Shown here: positions 1 through 12,790 of the stretch, one piece after another
Layout: every line of letters starts with the position of its first letter
Numbering within the stretch: the first letter of the stretch is position 1
Origin: Macrostomum lignano
Lineage: Eukaryota
Assembly: GCA_002269645.1 (NCBI GenBank)
Contig: NIVC01000566.1
Location: 62,001 to 126,000, forward strand
Direction: 5' to 3'
Length of the DNA stretch: 64,000 nucleotides
The notes under the pieces: model-generated
Seen by the model: only the letters and a program-made list of their open reading frames with translations
What the model was told of the DNA's origin: nothing
The model's database searches: none
Position numbers and translations under genes: made by a program

Positions 1-499
1 CACTCCTGTCTGCTGCGGGCCCGGGGCCTGAGGTGGCTAATAAGTTCAAGGGCCTTCTATTAACCAACCATTTGCACCATTTTATCCTTGCAGGCTGCAA
101 AGCTTCTCACTTCTTATCCAATATAAATTTCGAATCAACAAACCGTTTCAATCAATTTTAACGTTGAGCCAAATTTATGCAGTGCAATCCATGCGCTGCC
201 AGCTGCTGCTGTAAGATGGTCACATTGCGGATGCACTTGAATCCAAATACAAATCCAACTGCGCTGTTTTCGTTTCGAATTTACTCGAGTTTCCATTTTG
301 CGAATTTATCTGGTTAAGCGCAATTTTTCATAATTCATTTTACGAGTAGCTTTTAATGGGGATTTTAGATGTCAGAAAAATTCGTTTAAAAACTTCCTTA
401 AAACTTTTTACAGCTCCGAACTTTGCTATTTTGGTAGCCCCTGAACAAAAACTGAGTTTGGTTTACCTTATTGCGGCTGCGGTTCGTCCTTATCTACTA

Positions 500-800
500 C
501 AGATTTTACATTAGCTAGCTCTTTCCCTTCTCCCCCCGACTGTACATCAGCTGGCTCCTCCATCTCTGCCCCAAATGTACACTTGCCAGCTCTTCCCCTC
601 TGCCCCGACTGTACATTAGCTAGCTCCTTCCCTTCTCCCCCCGACTGTACATTAGCTAGCTCCGTCACCTCTGACCCGACTGTACATTAGCTTGCTCCTT
701 CCCCTCTGCCCCCGACTGTACATTAGCTAGCTCCGTCACCTCTGACCCGACCCGACTGTACATTAGCTTGCTCCTTCCCCTCTGCCCCCGAATGTACACT
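500..800. repeat. Degenerate ~43-bp tandem repeat (ccccgactgtacattagctagctcc...)
   Basis: Recurring ccgactgtacattagct core about every 43 bp, ending just before the transposon left end. Confidence 0.8.
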
Positions 801-805
801 GGCAA

Positions 806-3800
806 CACGGTTGGGCTGGAATAAGATTTCGGGGTAAAAAAATGCCCAATAAAACGACCACTGCAGTGTGATAGAGGAACACCTCAGCTGCTAGGGGAAT
901 ATTTTCCTAAAATGAAATCGGTTTGTCCTGACCAGTTATGCCTAATTATGTTAATTAGCTAGCATAATTAATTTATGTACTCGAAATTAGCCGCTTCCTT
1001 CATGTGAAATCGCCTAAAAACTGCTTTTATGAGCTGTGTTCGCATTAAAATCTGTAGCTATTTAATATCAATATATATTAGTATTAGTTATAGAAAGTGA
1101 GCACTTTGTAGTTCATATTATTAGTACTCAAAAATTAAAGAAAAAAATAGAAATATCCAGCGTTTCAGAGAAAGGGTCTCTTCAAAACTGAGCAGCAGGT
1201 TGGACATTTGGATAGCACCTATTAAAATTTATATCAATAAAATTAAATATATGATATAATTATAATATAACTTATATAGCAATTCATGATCAGTTTATGT
1301 TTTAGCATGCAGGTACTACGAGATACATGTCACAGATAAAGAAGAGAATATTGCTAATCTGAGCAGAAAAGTCTGGGTCAAAAGTTTTTTTAGATATTGA
1401 ATATTTCTTTTGAATTACTTCCATTGCCAATAGAATCAATATTCAAACTTTTGGATGTTGAACTTTTAGATAGATCCCTTCACAAATTGTCATGGAAGTA
1501 TTGCTCCTATTATACTGTTTTTCTTCATCCATGTAGTAGTGCTGGTAACAACAGCATGCAGCAAAGTAGGCTGCACAACACGACAGTAAATTTAGTCAAA
1601 TGAAAAGCCATCACCGCATTAAATATGTCACTGCATTAGATATGCCAGCTGTTATACGCCACTGTTGCCTGCAGCAGCCTATTGCCGAACTGTGGGTGAT
1701 CGGCTGGCAGCCTGTAGCGCTGCCAAGTCCGCTGGAAATCCGAGTGTGCGCTCTCTACTGCCTGTTCGCTACAAGTTCCAAGTGCACGACCAGTGCGATG
1801 GCAGAAGTCGCTCACGTGGCAAAGGAGAACATGCACTTTGGGCGTGACAGTCAATCCCAGTGCCAGGTATGCAGCTCCAAAATTTTCGATTCGCTCACCA
1901 AAATCCGGGACCAATTCCTGGCCAAATGCTCCATTAACAACGCTGTTGAAGCAAATCAAGCACTGGGCGAAGGGCTGTAGTTCATGAGGAACGTCTTCAA
2001 GAAGAACCTCAGCCATCAGCAGCAATTTGCGACAAGCGTTGCCTTCCATTGTGCCGCCGCGGTACCCCGCTCGCACGATGCCGTGAGATTGTAGCCATGC
2101 AAATCCGCGGTCTTCGCCCCAAGCTTCGTTCAAAGAATCAAGCAATTTGTTACTGATTCCGAGCAGAAGATGCAGTTCAGGAGGGGGCAGCAGCATCAGC
2201 ACTTCCTCGTCATCATCACCAGCCAGCAGCGGCAGATTGACACAGTTCATGAACTGCTTCGCTCTGCTCCAAACTCGTCCAGCAGAATTGAACTCCTGCA
2301 CTTTCTGCCGAATTCTACCGAGGGTTCGTGGCCTGCCGCTTGTCGTCAGTGGTGCAGTAGACTCGCAGTACGGACATGGGTGAGCACACGAGTGAGGCTG
2401 GAGTCCGCAGAGAATGTTTGCTAGCTTCATGTCTGTGACAGTCACAGCAGACAGCTCTACCACAGAAACAGCCTGTAGCAGTGTTTTTACATTTTTGTAC
2501 GTTTCTGAGATGTCGTTGACGATTGCGAGAACTATAATTTTTTTCACTCCGGCGTCATTGAACTGTGAGTGGCGTCGCACACTTTCGTGAACTGCAGCAG
2601 CACCGCCGTGCACCTGATGGTCAGACGTGGACGCAACGACAGACACGCAAATCTTAAAAAAACCTCCGCCACCATCAAGCCCCAGCCGGCATTCGAAGTT
2701 AGAGGCTCCTCGCTGTTGGACAATAAATTCAATGAGGCGCGAAGCATCAGTGCAGAGGACAGCAGCACGATCACCAATGGCAGAAGATGACAGCTCGAAT
2801 TGAAGTGTCTTAAGTTTAAAAAAGTCTTCCAATACACGATTCTGAGTCACTAATGAATCTTTCAGCCTAGATTCAACTGCTCGCGAAGAGCTTGCACCAG
2901 CTCTCAGTACCTGCGCGACCTGCAGCGTCTGATTGTTGCTAAGATTCAGCACACCTTTCAGTGTCTTCATTGTGCTGATAGAAGTTGCAGGGAAGCTGGT
3001 TGCTCCATTGCCCACACTAGCACCAACAGTCACGCGCATTGGGCGACCACCTTCCATCCGTGACAAGGAAACACAGCTGGAGCCACTTGCTGCAGCCTTT
3101 GTTGATATGCAGCTGCTGGCCAGCATGTCCTGCGTATCAGGACTGACACCCTGCTGCAGATTAGTCAGTCGCGTTGCTCTTGAGCAGTTGTGTTTCTTGC
3201 CACGGCCAATTTCTGATCGACAAAACGAGCAAATGAACTGTGGTTGTGCTGCATCAGCTGCCGACAATGGATGTTTTCGAGGTCGTCCTGGACGAGATGC
3301 AGCAGCGCCAGTACTGTAAGAGCTGACAGAAGTTGTCAACTTGCTGCTGTTCTTCGATCTGGCAAGCTCGCACAGTTCGCAAGAGCAATGCGGATTATTT
3401 CTTGTGGACGGAGGCAGACTCTGCAGGTCGGCAACCATCTGCTCATAGTTTAGCCTTGGTGGCAACTCACGAGGCGCTGGACCAGATAGAGATGAAATGA
3501 TGCGTCGACACCCGTCACACAAGCCGGTCGGCAGAATGTGCTGTACAGAGGCGAAATTCGGCACCAAATCCTCAGCAGAAAAATTGGCTACCGACCAAAT
3601 TGAGCGCGAGGCTTTCCGCAAACAGAGCAAACACAGACTCTCTCTGCACTCCTCATGTGATTTTTTTGCATTCGGCATATTCTGAAATTCTGAAATTGAT
3701 CGCTGGCCACTGATGCAAGAGACAAATGTTTTGAATTTGGCCTTGACTTGAGTATTGGTTGTGATATTTATTTGAGTGCTGATATGAGTTGGCTATGAAA

Positions 3801-4262
3801 GTTGCAATAATCAATGTACATCTGACAGTCCGACGCATATGAAATAGAACAGTACGAACGTACGTACGTTCATGTGCTAATTTCGATATTGAGCAAAGAG
3901 AGTGCGTGAGACCTAGAGCACAACAGTTCATATTGAAGCTAGAGCAGAGCATTGGCTGCTGCATACATTCTGATTAGCAACTGCTCATCCAGTATAATAG
4001 CAGTTTATATCATAAAAACATAAAAGCAGACCAGGCCATAAAAGCAGTTTTTAGGCGATTTCACACGAAGGAAGCGGCTAATTTCGAGTACATAAATTAA
4101 TTATGCTAGCTAATTAACATAATTAGGCATAACTGGTCAGGACAAACCGATTTCATTTTAGGAAAATATTCCCCTAGCAGCTGAGATGTTCCTCTATCAC
4201 ACTGCAGTGGTCGTTTTATTGGGCATTTTTTTACCCCGAAATCTTATTCCAGCCCAACCGTG
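806..4262 (-). mobile_element. Chapaev-type (CMC group) DNA transposon, apparently complete
   Basis: 226-bp TIRs at 806-1031 and 4037-4262 with 2 mismatches seen by eye, CAC...GTG termini, and a 4-bp direct repeat GCAA at 802-805 and 4263-4266. 4-bp TSD plus CAC/GTG termini is the established Chapaev signature (Transib has 5-bp TSDs). Confidence 0.85.
1636..3678 (-). CDS. Chapaev-like DDE transposase, 680 aa, uninterrupted ORF
   Basis: N-terminal Cys/His zinc finger (HEECRESLCLLC...LPTGLCDGC), AT-hook-like RPGRPRK, candidate catalytic acids in GLDGGGG, TDMKL and SEQAVE, and CPYC plus HVLLCH motifs like the C(2)C/H(3-4)H motifs of CMC/Transib transposases. Confidence 0.85.
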   Translation of the reverse strand: MPNAKKSHEECRESLCLLCLRKASRSIWSVANFSAEDLVPNFASVQHILPTGLCDGCRRIISSLSGPAPRELPPRLNYEQMVADLQSLPPSTRNNPHCSCELCELARSKNSSKLTTSVSSYSTGAAASRPGRPRKHPLSAADAAQPQFICSFCRSEIGRGKKHNCSRATRLTNLQQGVSPDTQDMLASSCISTKAAASGSSCVSLSRMEGGRPMRVTVGASVGNGATSFPATSISTMKTLKGVLNLSNNQTLQVAQVLRAGASSSRAVESRLKDSLVTQNRVLEDFFKLKTLQFELSSSAIGDRAAVLCTDASRLIEFIVQQRGASNFECRLGLDGGGGFFKICVSVVASTSDHQVHGGAAAVHESVRRHSQFNDAGVKKIIVLAIVNDISETYKNVKTLLQAVSVVELSAVTVTDMKLANILCGLQPHSCAHPCPYCESTAPLTTSGRPRTLGRIRQKVQEFNSAGRVWSRAKQFMNCVNLPLLAGDDDEEVLMLLPPPELHLLLGISNKLLDSLNEAWGEDRGFAWLQSHGIVRAGYRGGTMEGNACRKLLLMAEVLLEDVPHELQPFAQCLICFNSVVNGAFGQELVPDFGERIENFGAAYLALGLTVTPKVHVLLCHVSDFCHRTGRALGTCSEQAVESAHSDFQRTWQRYRLPADHPQFGNRLLQATVAYNSWHI

Positions 4263-4974
4263 GCAAGCTTTGTCCCAAACTGTGCATCATTTTTCCTTGA
4301 ACTCAGCTATTCTTATTGATGCTAGTTAACTCTCTATCAAACTCTATTCACGCGTCAAGGTAGCAGGATTCAGGGAGTTAGCGCTCCAACTAATAAATGC
4401 GGCAATATTGATGGCCACCAGTACCGTCTGTGTAAACAAAGCAGCGCACAATGCTTAATGCTAGAAAATAATCGAATAACTGCTGATGTGCTTCATCATA
4501 TTTGGACGCGCCAGTATTTGGTTGCCAAGGCCTATTATAGAGCCGCATAGACGGACAGAATCCATCCCTGACTGGGGTGTAGAAATGACGAAAACAGTCA
4601 CGTTTCAAGAATCAAGATAATGGTCTTAAGCCGGACAAGCCTGCAGTCTGGGTGTTTCATCTTTTCAATCTGTTCGGCCCCGCCTCGATCCCCGGCACCA
4701 GCTGGCCGCAGCACTCGTCTCCCTGCACTGCGGCTGGCCCTACCGGCCCTGCGCGACCTCAGCAAGCCTGCGGCTCCCCCCCCCTCCTCCTCGTAGTGAT
4801 CTGCGATTCAGCTTGACTTTCGGCCAAGAATTATGCACGAAAAATTGCAGTTGTTCAAGCTTTGGGTAGGAGAATTCAATCCATACCTCTTGAATTTGCA
4901 CGGTAATAGACTGTGACAAGGTTTTTTATTAGAGTGACACAAGCGCCGGTGAATTGATAAGTAAGTCTCTTCAA

Positions 4975-5305
<331 letters not shown>

Positions 5306-5714
5306 TCAGAAGTAGCAGTGGCGGAGCAGAAGTGCATGCAGCAGCAGCCGATCTCAATCGCCAACTCCGCCTGAGCAGCAAATAATTGACAAATGGACGC
5401 GGCTCGGTGCCCAGCAAGAAATGACTGATGCGGCGCGGAGGCTGTGCTGGCATAGCAGGCGCGCACAAAGGACTCGAGCAGTGATGGATGCCAGTCTCGG
5501 TGCATGCGCCGGGCTTGCAGAAAATTGCTGTGGCAAACTTCTGGGCCTGCAGTGAATGCTAATTGAGCCGCTGTGCCCTTGGCGAGCTTGCAGGCAGCTG
5601 GGCGAGTCTGCATCATTCGAGACCTCTGGGAGAATTTTGATCTTTCCATAGAACCTCCTTTAGGTCCCCAATCCTCTCTAGGATTCTACAAAGCTTCTCA
5701 AGAATCCCACCTAT

Positions 5715-6512
5715 CTTCACTAAGAATCCCACTAATACTCACTAAGAATCCCACGATACTCACTAAGAATCCCACGATACTCACTAAGAATCCCACCAAT
5801 CCTCACTAAGAATCTCACCAATCCTCACTAAGAATCTCACCAATCCTTACTAAGAATCTCATCAATCCTCACTAAGAATCTCACCAATCCTCACTAAGAA
5901 TCTCACCAATCCTCACTAAGAATCACACCAATCCTCACTAAGAATCCCACCAATCCTCACTAAGAATCCCACCAATCCTCACTAAGAATCTCATCAATCC
6001 TCACTAAGAATCCCACCAATCCTCACTAAGAATCTCACCAATCCTCACTAAGAATCTCATCAATCCTCACTAAGAATCTCACCAATCCTCACTAAGAATC
6101 TCACCAATCCTCACTAAGAATCTCACCAATCCTCACTAAGAATCTCACCAATCCTCACTAAGAATCTCACCAATCCTTACTAAGAATCTCATCAATCCTC
6201 ACTAAGAATCTCACCAATCCTCACTAAGAATCTCACCAATCCTCACTAAGAATCACACCAATCCTCACTAAGAATCCCACCAATCCTCACTAAGAATCTC
6301 ACCAATCCTCACTAAGAATCTCATCAATCCTCACTAAGAATCCCACCAATCCTCACTAAGAATCTCATCAATCCTCACTAAGAATCTCACCAATCCTCAC
6401 TAAGAATCTCACCAATCCTCACTAAGAATCCCACCAATCCTCACTAAGAATCTCATCAATCCTCACTAAGAATCTCATCAATCCTCACTAAGAATCCCAC
6501 CAATCCTCACTA
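5715..6512. repeat. 22-bp minisatellite (cactaagaatctcaccaatcct)
   Basis: About 35 tandem copies with few variants. Confidence 0.97.
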
Positions 6513-7010
6513 AAAATATCCCTATGTATCATTCCAAATCCCGAAGCAGTTTAAAGTTGTCTTACAGCCCACAACATCAGCAGCAGGGCCGTCCCCAATA
6601 TTTACCATCTGCAACAAACTAGTACCAAGCCTCTCGGCTAAAAATACCCCCCGCTGAGGGGAGACGGCATCCATGCGAAGTGAAGCACTTTTCCACCTGA
6701 GCGGAGGCCGCTGCCCCCCTTCCCCAGACTCTGAACAAACTCTGCTCCATCTTCTTCGCCGCTCCGTCTCCGTTAAAAACCCGGCAAAGATAATTGGGTT
6801 GGCGTGTGCGGCTCCCGCAAATGCTGCATGGGAAGGCGAGGGCTGGCAGGGAGGCTGCTGGGCTAAAAGACAACAGACTCCAGGTGCTAAAGCTAATTGC
6901 TTGTCTTCCCTTCTTCTAGAGGGTTTTTTACGGTTGGCGCTTCCTGCCGTCTGCCCATCCAACTGAGCTTTGATTTCTGCTTCTTTTGCTTCGCTTTTTG
7001 CACGAAGCTT

Positions 7011-7505
7011 GATTGAGATGGCGCTTACTGATTGAGATGGCGCTTACTGATTGAGATGGCGCTTACTGATTGAGATGGCGCTTACTGATTGAGATGGCAC
7101 TTACTGATTGAGATTGCGCTTACTGATTGAGATGGCGCTTACTGATTGAGATGGCGCTTACTGATTGAGATGGCGCTTACTGATTGAGATGGCGCTTACT
7201 GATTGAGATGGCGCTTACTGATTGAGATTGCGCTTACTGATTGAGATGGCGCTTACTGATTGAGATGGCACTTACTGATTGAGATGGCGCTTACTGATTG
7301 AGATGGCGCTTACTGATTGAGATGGCGCTTACTGATTGAGATGGCACTTACTGATTGAGATGGCACTTACTGATTGAGATGGCACTTACTGATTGAGATG
7401 GCGCTTACTGATTGAAATGGCGCTTACTGATTGAGACAGAAGCGTTTACTGATTAAAATGGCCGCTTACTGATTAAAACGGCCGCTTTCTGATTGAGATG
7501 GCATT
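7011..7505. repeat. 19-bp minisatellite (gattgagatggcgcttact)
   Basis: About 25 tandem copies. Confidence 0.97.
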
Positions 7506-9036
7506 TACTGAATCACTTTCTGAATCACAGCGCGACCTTGCATGACAAGAAGGTCGATCTGTCAACCTGTCACTCCTCATCCATTCAATCTAGACTCTGA
7601 GTTATTTCCCAAACAACACTAAAAAAGAACTGCTCATTTGAGAACGGAAACAACCGCCACGAATAAGAAGACGCTGAATGGAGCAGCGCACAGGGGGAAT
7701 TGGTAGCCACAGCCCCTGACAATGGCAGTGGCTTCACGGCGACAGTGCTTGGCAAGAGACTCCTGGCGCCGCGCAGTCATTGAATGACTCAGCGGGCACA
7801 CAGACTGCCGTGTCAGGCTGGCCGCAGACCCCCAGCCCCGGGGGGGCGGCAGACTGTGGGGGGCCGTCAGTTCGCAACTCCTCGGCAATTGTGGCTGGGC
7901 AGCTGACGGGCTGATAGAGTTAATAAATAATCATTTCTGGCCGCTGCAGGGGACGGAGGGGCGCCCCAATCGCTGTTCAGAGTTAATAATAGGTGGCGGG
8001 GCTCTTATCCTCAATTGATTATTGCCTGGCTAAACTGCTTGCTTTTAGAATTACAATGGGGGAGACGGGGAGGTGAATGAGTCACCGCCGTATCCTGGCC
8101 GGTGCACCTGGCGGAATCGGGTGGAATGTCGCCTGCGCGCCTCAGTCTGCGGTTTCCGCTAGCAGCAGCAGTAGCATGCAGCTTGGCTGCAGTAAGTGAA
8201 GCTCAATGAAACTCTAGCTGAATTATTGAGGAAATTTGATTTACCAAATGTGGTCTTGAATAGCGCTAGATCTAGATTAGCAAATCTATAAGAATAGAAC
8301 AGCAGATCAGGAACTCAAACTTAAGACAATTGAGACTTAAGAGCGGATGACCTCTAGACGAACCGAGAAACCGATCCAGGTGAGAATATCAATGAGACAT
8401 CTGGAATATAAGGGGTTCTCTCAGTGGCCATATGAGTAGGCAAAGATGTAGATCGACATCGACAGCTCAAGTGAGCACGGCCTTTGAGCTTTGAGTCGGC
8501 ATCGCCGGGGCACGGAAGACCGCCTTACGCATGCATTCACAGTGAATGGCGCCCGCAATAAAGCCATACTTAATAGCATTGACTGCTCAAGGAAGAGGTG
8601 GGAGCTGCTCCCTTGCCCCCGCGGCGACAGTCTGCAGTGAGGTGCATTGCTGAGCACAGTGGAGCAGCCCTCTCTCGGGTTGAGTTCCACCCCCCCCCCC
8701 CAGAGTCGCTGAGTAGAAAACAATGGCCTGGTCTAAAAATAGCAAAAAGCCATTTGGGCATAAAAGCTGGGATCTCCTCTCCTTCTTTTCTACAGTGCAA
8801 AAATACTATTTGCCAATTTCTGACTAGAGCGATGACTCATCCCTCAGTGTGGCTTGAGTAGCTGTTGAGAACAGCGAGCTTCAGGTGAAAACAGAATGAA
8901 AGCTCAGAGCAAAACCTCCTTCCTGGGTGGCAAGGAATTCTCGTGAATTTCTATTCGCTTGCAATGAATTTGCTTCGATGCTTTTCATCCTCTTCTAAAA
9001 TACAAGAATGTAAACAGAAAAATTGCATGAAAGGCA

Positions 9037-11362
9037 TAGGGTAGTGAGGAGGGAGATAGGGTAGTGGGGAGGGAGATAGGGTAGTGGGGAGGGAGATAGG
9101 GTAGTGGGGAGGGCGATAGGGTAGTGGGGAGGGCGATAGGGTAGTGAGGAGGGAGATGGGGTAGTGAGGAGGGAGATAGGGTAGTGAGGAGGGAGATGGG
9201 GTAGTGAGGAGGGAGATAGGGTAATGGGGAGGGAGATAGGGTAGTGGGGAGGGCGATAGGGTAGTGAGGAGGGAGATGGGGTAGTGAGGAGGGAGATAGG
9301 GTAGTGAGGAGGGAGATAGGGTAGTAAGGAGGGAGATAGGGTAGTGAGGAGGGAGATAGGGTAGTGGGGAGGGAGATAGGGTAGTGGGGAGGGCGATAGG
9401 GTAGTGGGGAGGGCGATAGGGTAGTGGGGAGGGCGATAGGGTAGTGAGGAGGGAGATGGGGTAGTGAGGAGGGAGATAGGGTAGTGGGGAGGGAGATAGG
9501 GTAGTGGGGAGGGAGATAGGGTAGTGGGGAGGGCGATAGGGTAGTGGGGAGGGAGATAGGGTAGTGGGGAGGGAGATAGGGTAGTGGGGAGGGAGATAGG
9601 GTAGTGGGGAGGGCGATAGGGTAGTGAGGAGGGAGATGGGGTAGTGAGGAGGGAGATGGGGTAGTGAGGAGGGAGATGGGGTAGTGAGGAGGGAGATAGG
9701 GTAGTAAGGAGGGAGATGGGGTAGTAAGGAGGGAGATAGGGTAGTGAGGAGGGAGATAGGGTAGTGAGGAGGGAGATAGGGTAGTAAGGAGGGAGATAGG
9801 GTAGTGAGAAAGGAGATGGGGCAGTAAGGAGGGAGATAGGGTAGTGAGGAGGGAGATAGGGTAGTGAGAAAGGAGATGGGGCAGTAAGGAGGGAGATAGG
9901 GTAGTGGGGAGGGAGATAGGGTAGTGGGGAGGGAGATAGGGTAGTGGGGAGGGCGATAGGGTAGTGGGGAGGGCGATAGGGTAGTGAGGAGGGAGATGGG
10001 GTAGTGAGGAGGGAGATAGGGTAGTGAGGAGGGAGATGGGGTAGTGAGGAGGGAGATAGGGTAATGGGGAGGGAGATAGGGTAGTGGGGAGGGCGATAGG
10101 GTAGTGAGGAGGGAGATGGGGTAGTGAGGAGGGAGATAGGGTAGTAAGGAGGGAGATGGGGTAGTAAGGAGGGAGATAGGGTAGTGAGGAGGGAGATAGG
10201 GTAGTGAGGAGGGAGATGGGGTAGTGAGGAGGGAGATAGGGTAGTAAGGAGGGAGATGGGGTAGTAAGGAGGGAGATAGGGTAGTGAGGAGGGAGATGGG
10301 GTAGTGAGGAGGGAGATAGGGTAGTAAGGAGGGAGATAGGGTAGTGAGAAAGGAGATGGGGCAGTAAGGAGGGAGATAGGGTAGTGAGGAGGGAGATAGG
10401 GTAGTGAGAAAGGAGATGGGGCAGTAAGGAGGGAGATAGGGTAGTGAGGAGGGAGATAGGATAGTGACTAGGGAGATAGGGTAGTGACAAGGGAGATAGG
10501 GTAGTGACAAGGGAGATAGGGTAGTGAGAAAGGAGATAGGGCAGTAAGGAGGGAGATAGGGTAGTGACGAGGGAGATAGGGTAGTGAGAAAGGAGATAGG
10601 GCAGTAAGGAGGGTGATGGGGTAGTGAGAAAGGAGATAGGGCAGTAAGGAGGGAGATAGAGTAGTGAGAAAGGAGATAGGGTAGTGAGAAAGGAGATAGG
10701 GTAGTGAGAAAGGAGATAGGGTAGTGAGAAAGGAGATAGGGTAGTGAGAAAGGAGATAGGGTAGTGAGAAAGGAGATAGGGTAGTGAGAAAGGAGATAGG
10801 GCAGTAAGGAGGGAGATAGGGTAGTGACGAGGGGGATGGGGTAGTGAGAAAGGAGATAGGGCAGTAAGGAGGGAGATAGAGTAGTGAGAAAGGAGATAGG
10901 GTAGTGAGAAAGGAGATAGGGTAGTGAGAAAGGAGATAGGGTAGTGAGAAAGGAGATAGGGCAGTAAGGAGGGAGATAGGGTAGTGACGAGGGGGATGGG
11001 GTAGTGAGAAAGGAGATAGGGCAGTAAGGAGGGAGATAGAGTAGTGAGAAAGGAGATAGGGTAGTGAGAAAGGAGATAGGGTAGTGAGAAAGGAGATAGG
11101 GTAGTGAGAAAGGAGATAGGGTAGTGAGAAAGGAGATAGGGTAGTGAGAAAGAAGATAGGGTAGTGAGAAAGGAGATAGGGTAGTGAGAAAGGAGATAGG
11201 GTAGTGAGAAAGGAGATAGAGTAGTGAGAAAGGAGATAGGGCAGTAAGGAGGGAGATGGGGTAGTGAGAAAGGAGATAGGGTAGTGAGAAAGGAGATAGG
11301 GTAGTGAGAAAGGAGATAGAGTAGTGAGAAAGGAGATAGGGCAGTAAGGAGGGAGATGGGGC
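9037..11362. repeat. 20-bp purine-rich minisatellite (gggtagtgaggagggagata), ~115 copies
   Basis: Period 20 is visible as exact column alignment in the 60-nt lines; variant units are interspersed. Confidence 0.98.
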
Positions 11363-12019
11363 AGTGCGGGACGGAATGGCAAACAGAGAGCAGGCAAGGT
11401 TGCTAGCCAAAGTCTACTAGAAGATGCGCAGGTTAACGAACTGATTAATTAATCGCCAGTGCTGTTACATGATTTAGCCGTGAGATCAACATATTTCTGC
11501 TGCGAGTAGACGCTGATACCGATTGAGAAAGGCCATCCTTTCCAATTCCAATAAAATTAAGCAGGCCAAGCTGTCCAGGCCGGAACTTCTCAGGAGAAGC
11601 AGCAAAATGAAAGTCTGATTTTTGCCCCTCTCGATGATGCGCTAGGAAGCTGGGAGGGGATGGGAGCATTTTTGCACTGCCAGATGCGCGATGGAAATGC
11701 ATTGCTGGTAGCGAAGGACTTTGGGGATGTCTTCAGTGGCTCAGCCCGGGGGGAGGGGGGCAGAGAGCTCAGCCTGGACTCTTGCCAACTCCGGCGGGAG
11801 ATCTCATGACCGGCCGGGGCTCCCTGCTTTCTCCTTAGTTGAGGCTGCGAGCAGACTTAGGCTTGGGAGAGGGAGTGGCGGCTGTGTTGGGAAGAGCTGA
11901 ACTTCTCTCTGCTGCCCGCGGCACGTGATCTGGGGGGGGGGGGGGGGGTTGGCCGCTGCCGCAGGGACCGCCTGCCGCCTTGCATGAACGGCGTTTGCAA
12001 GCTGGGGACTGGAGATCAG

Positions 12020-12032
12020 TGACAGACAGATG

Positions 12033-12072
<40 letters not shown>

Positions 12073-12142
12073 CATAGACAGACAGACAGACAGACAGACA
12101 GACGGACAGACAGGACAGACAGACAGACAGATGGACGGACTC

Positions 12143-12189
<47 letters not shown>

Positions 12190-12192
12190 CTA

Positions 12193-12249
<57 letters not shown>

Positions 12250-12264
12250 CTAAGACAGACAGAT

Positions 12265-12345
<81 letters not shown>

Positions 12346-12392
12346 CTAAGACAGACAGATAGACAGACAGACAAACAGACAGACAGACACTA

Positions 12393-12425
<33 letters not shown>

Positions 12426-12428
12426 CTA

Positions 12429-12481
<53 letters not shown>

Positions 12482-12484
12482 CTA

Positions 12485-12525
<41 letters not shown>

Positions 12526-12652
12526 CTAAGACAGACAGACAGACAGACAGACACTAAGACAGACAGACAGACACTAAGACAGACAGACAGACAGACAGAT
12601 GGACAGACAGACAGACAGACAGACAGTCAGACAGACAGACAGACAGACAGTC

Positions 12653-12745
<93 letters not shown>

Positions 12746-12748
12746 GTC

Positions 12749-12789
<41 letters not shown>

Positions 12790-12790
12790 G
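12020..12790. repeat. (GACA)n microsatellite with periodic gacactaa interruptions
   Basis: Direct reading. Confidence 0.97.

Noticed and set aside
1636-3678. Assignment as Transib or RAG1-like transposon
   Set aside because: Flanks give a 4-bp TSD (GCAA), not 5 bp, and there is no RAG2-like ORF; Chapaev fits better.
8951-11410. Long ORFs of 819, 501 and 309 aa rich in P/L/S/Y
   Set aside because: They are translations of the 20-bp minisatellite, open in all three minus frames because the unit lacks stops.
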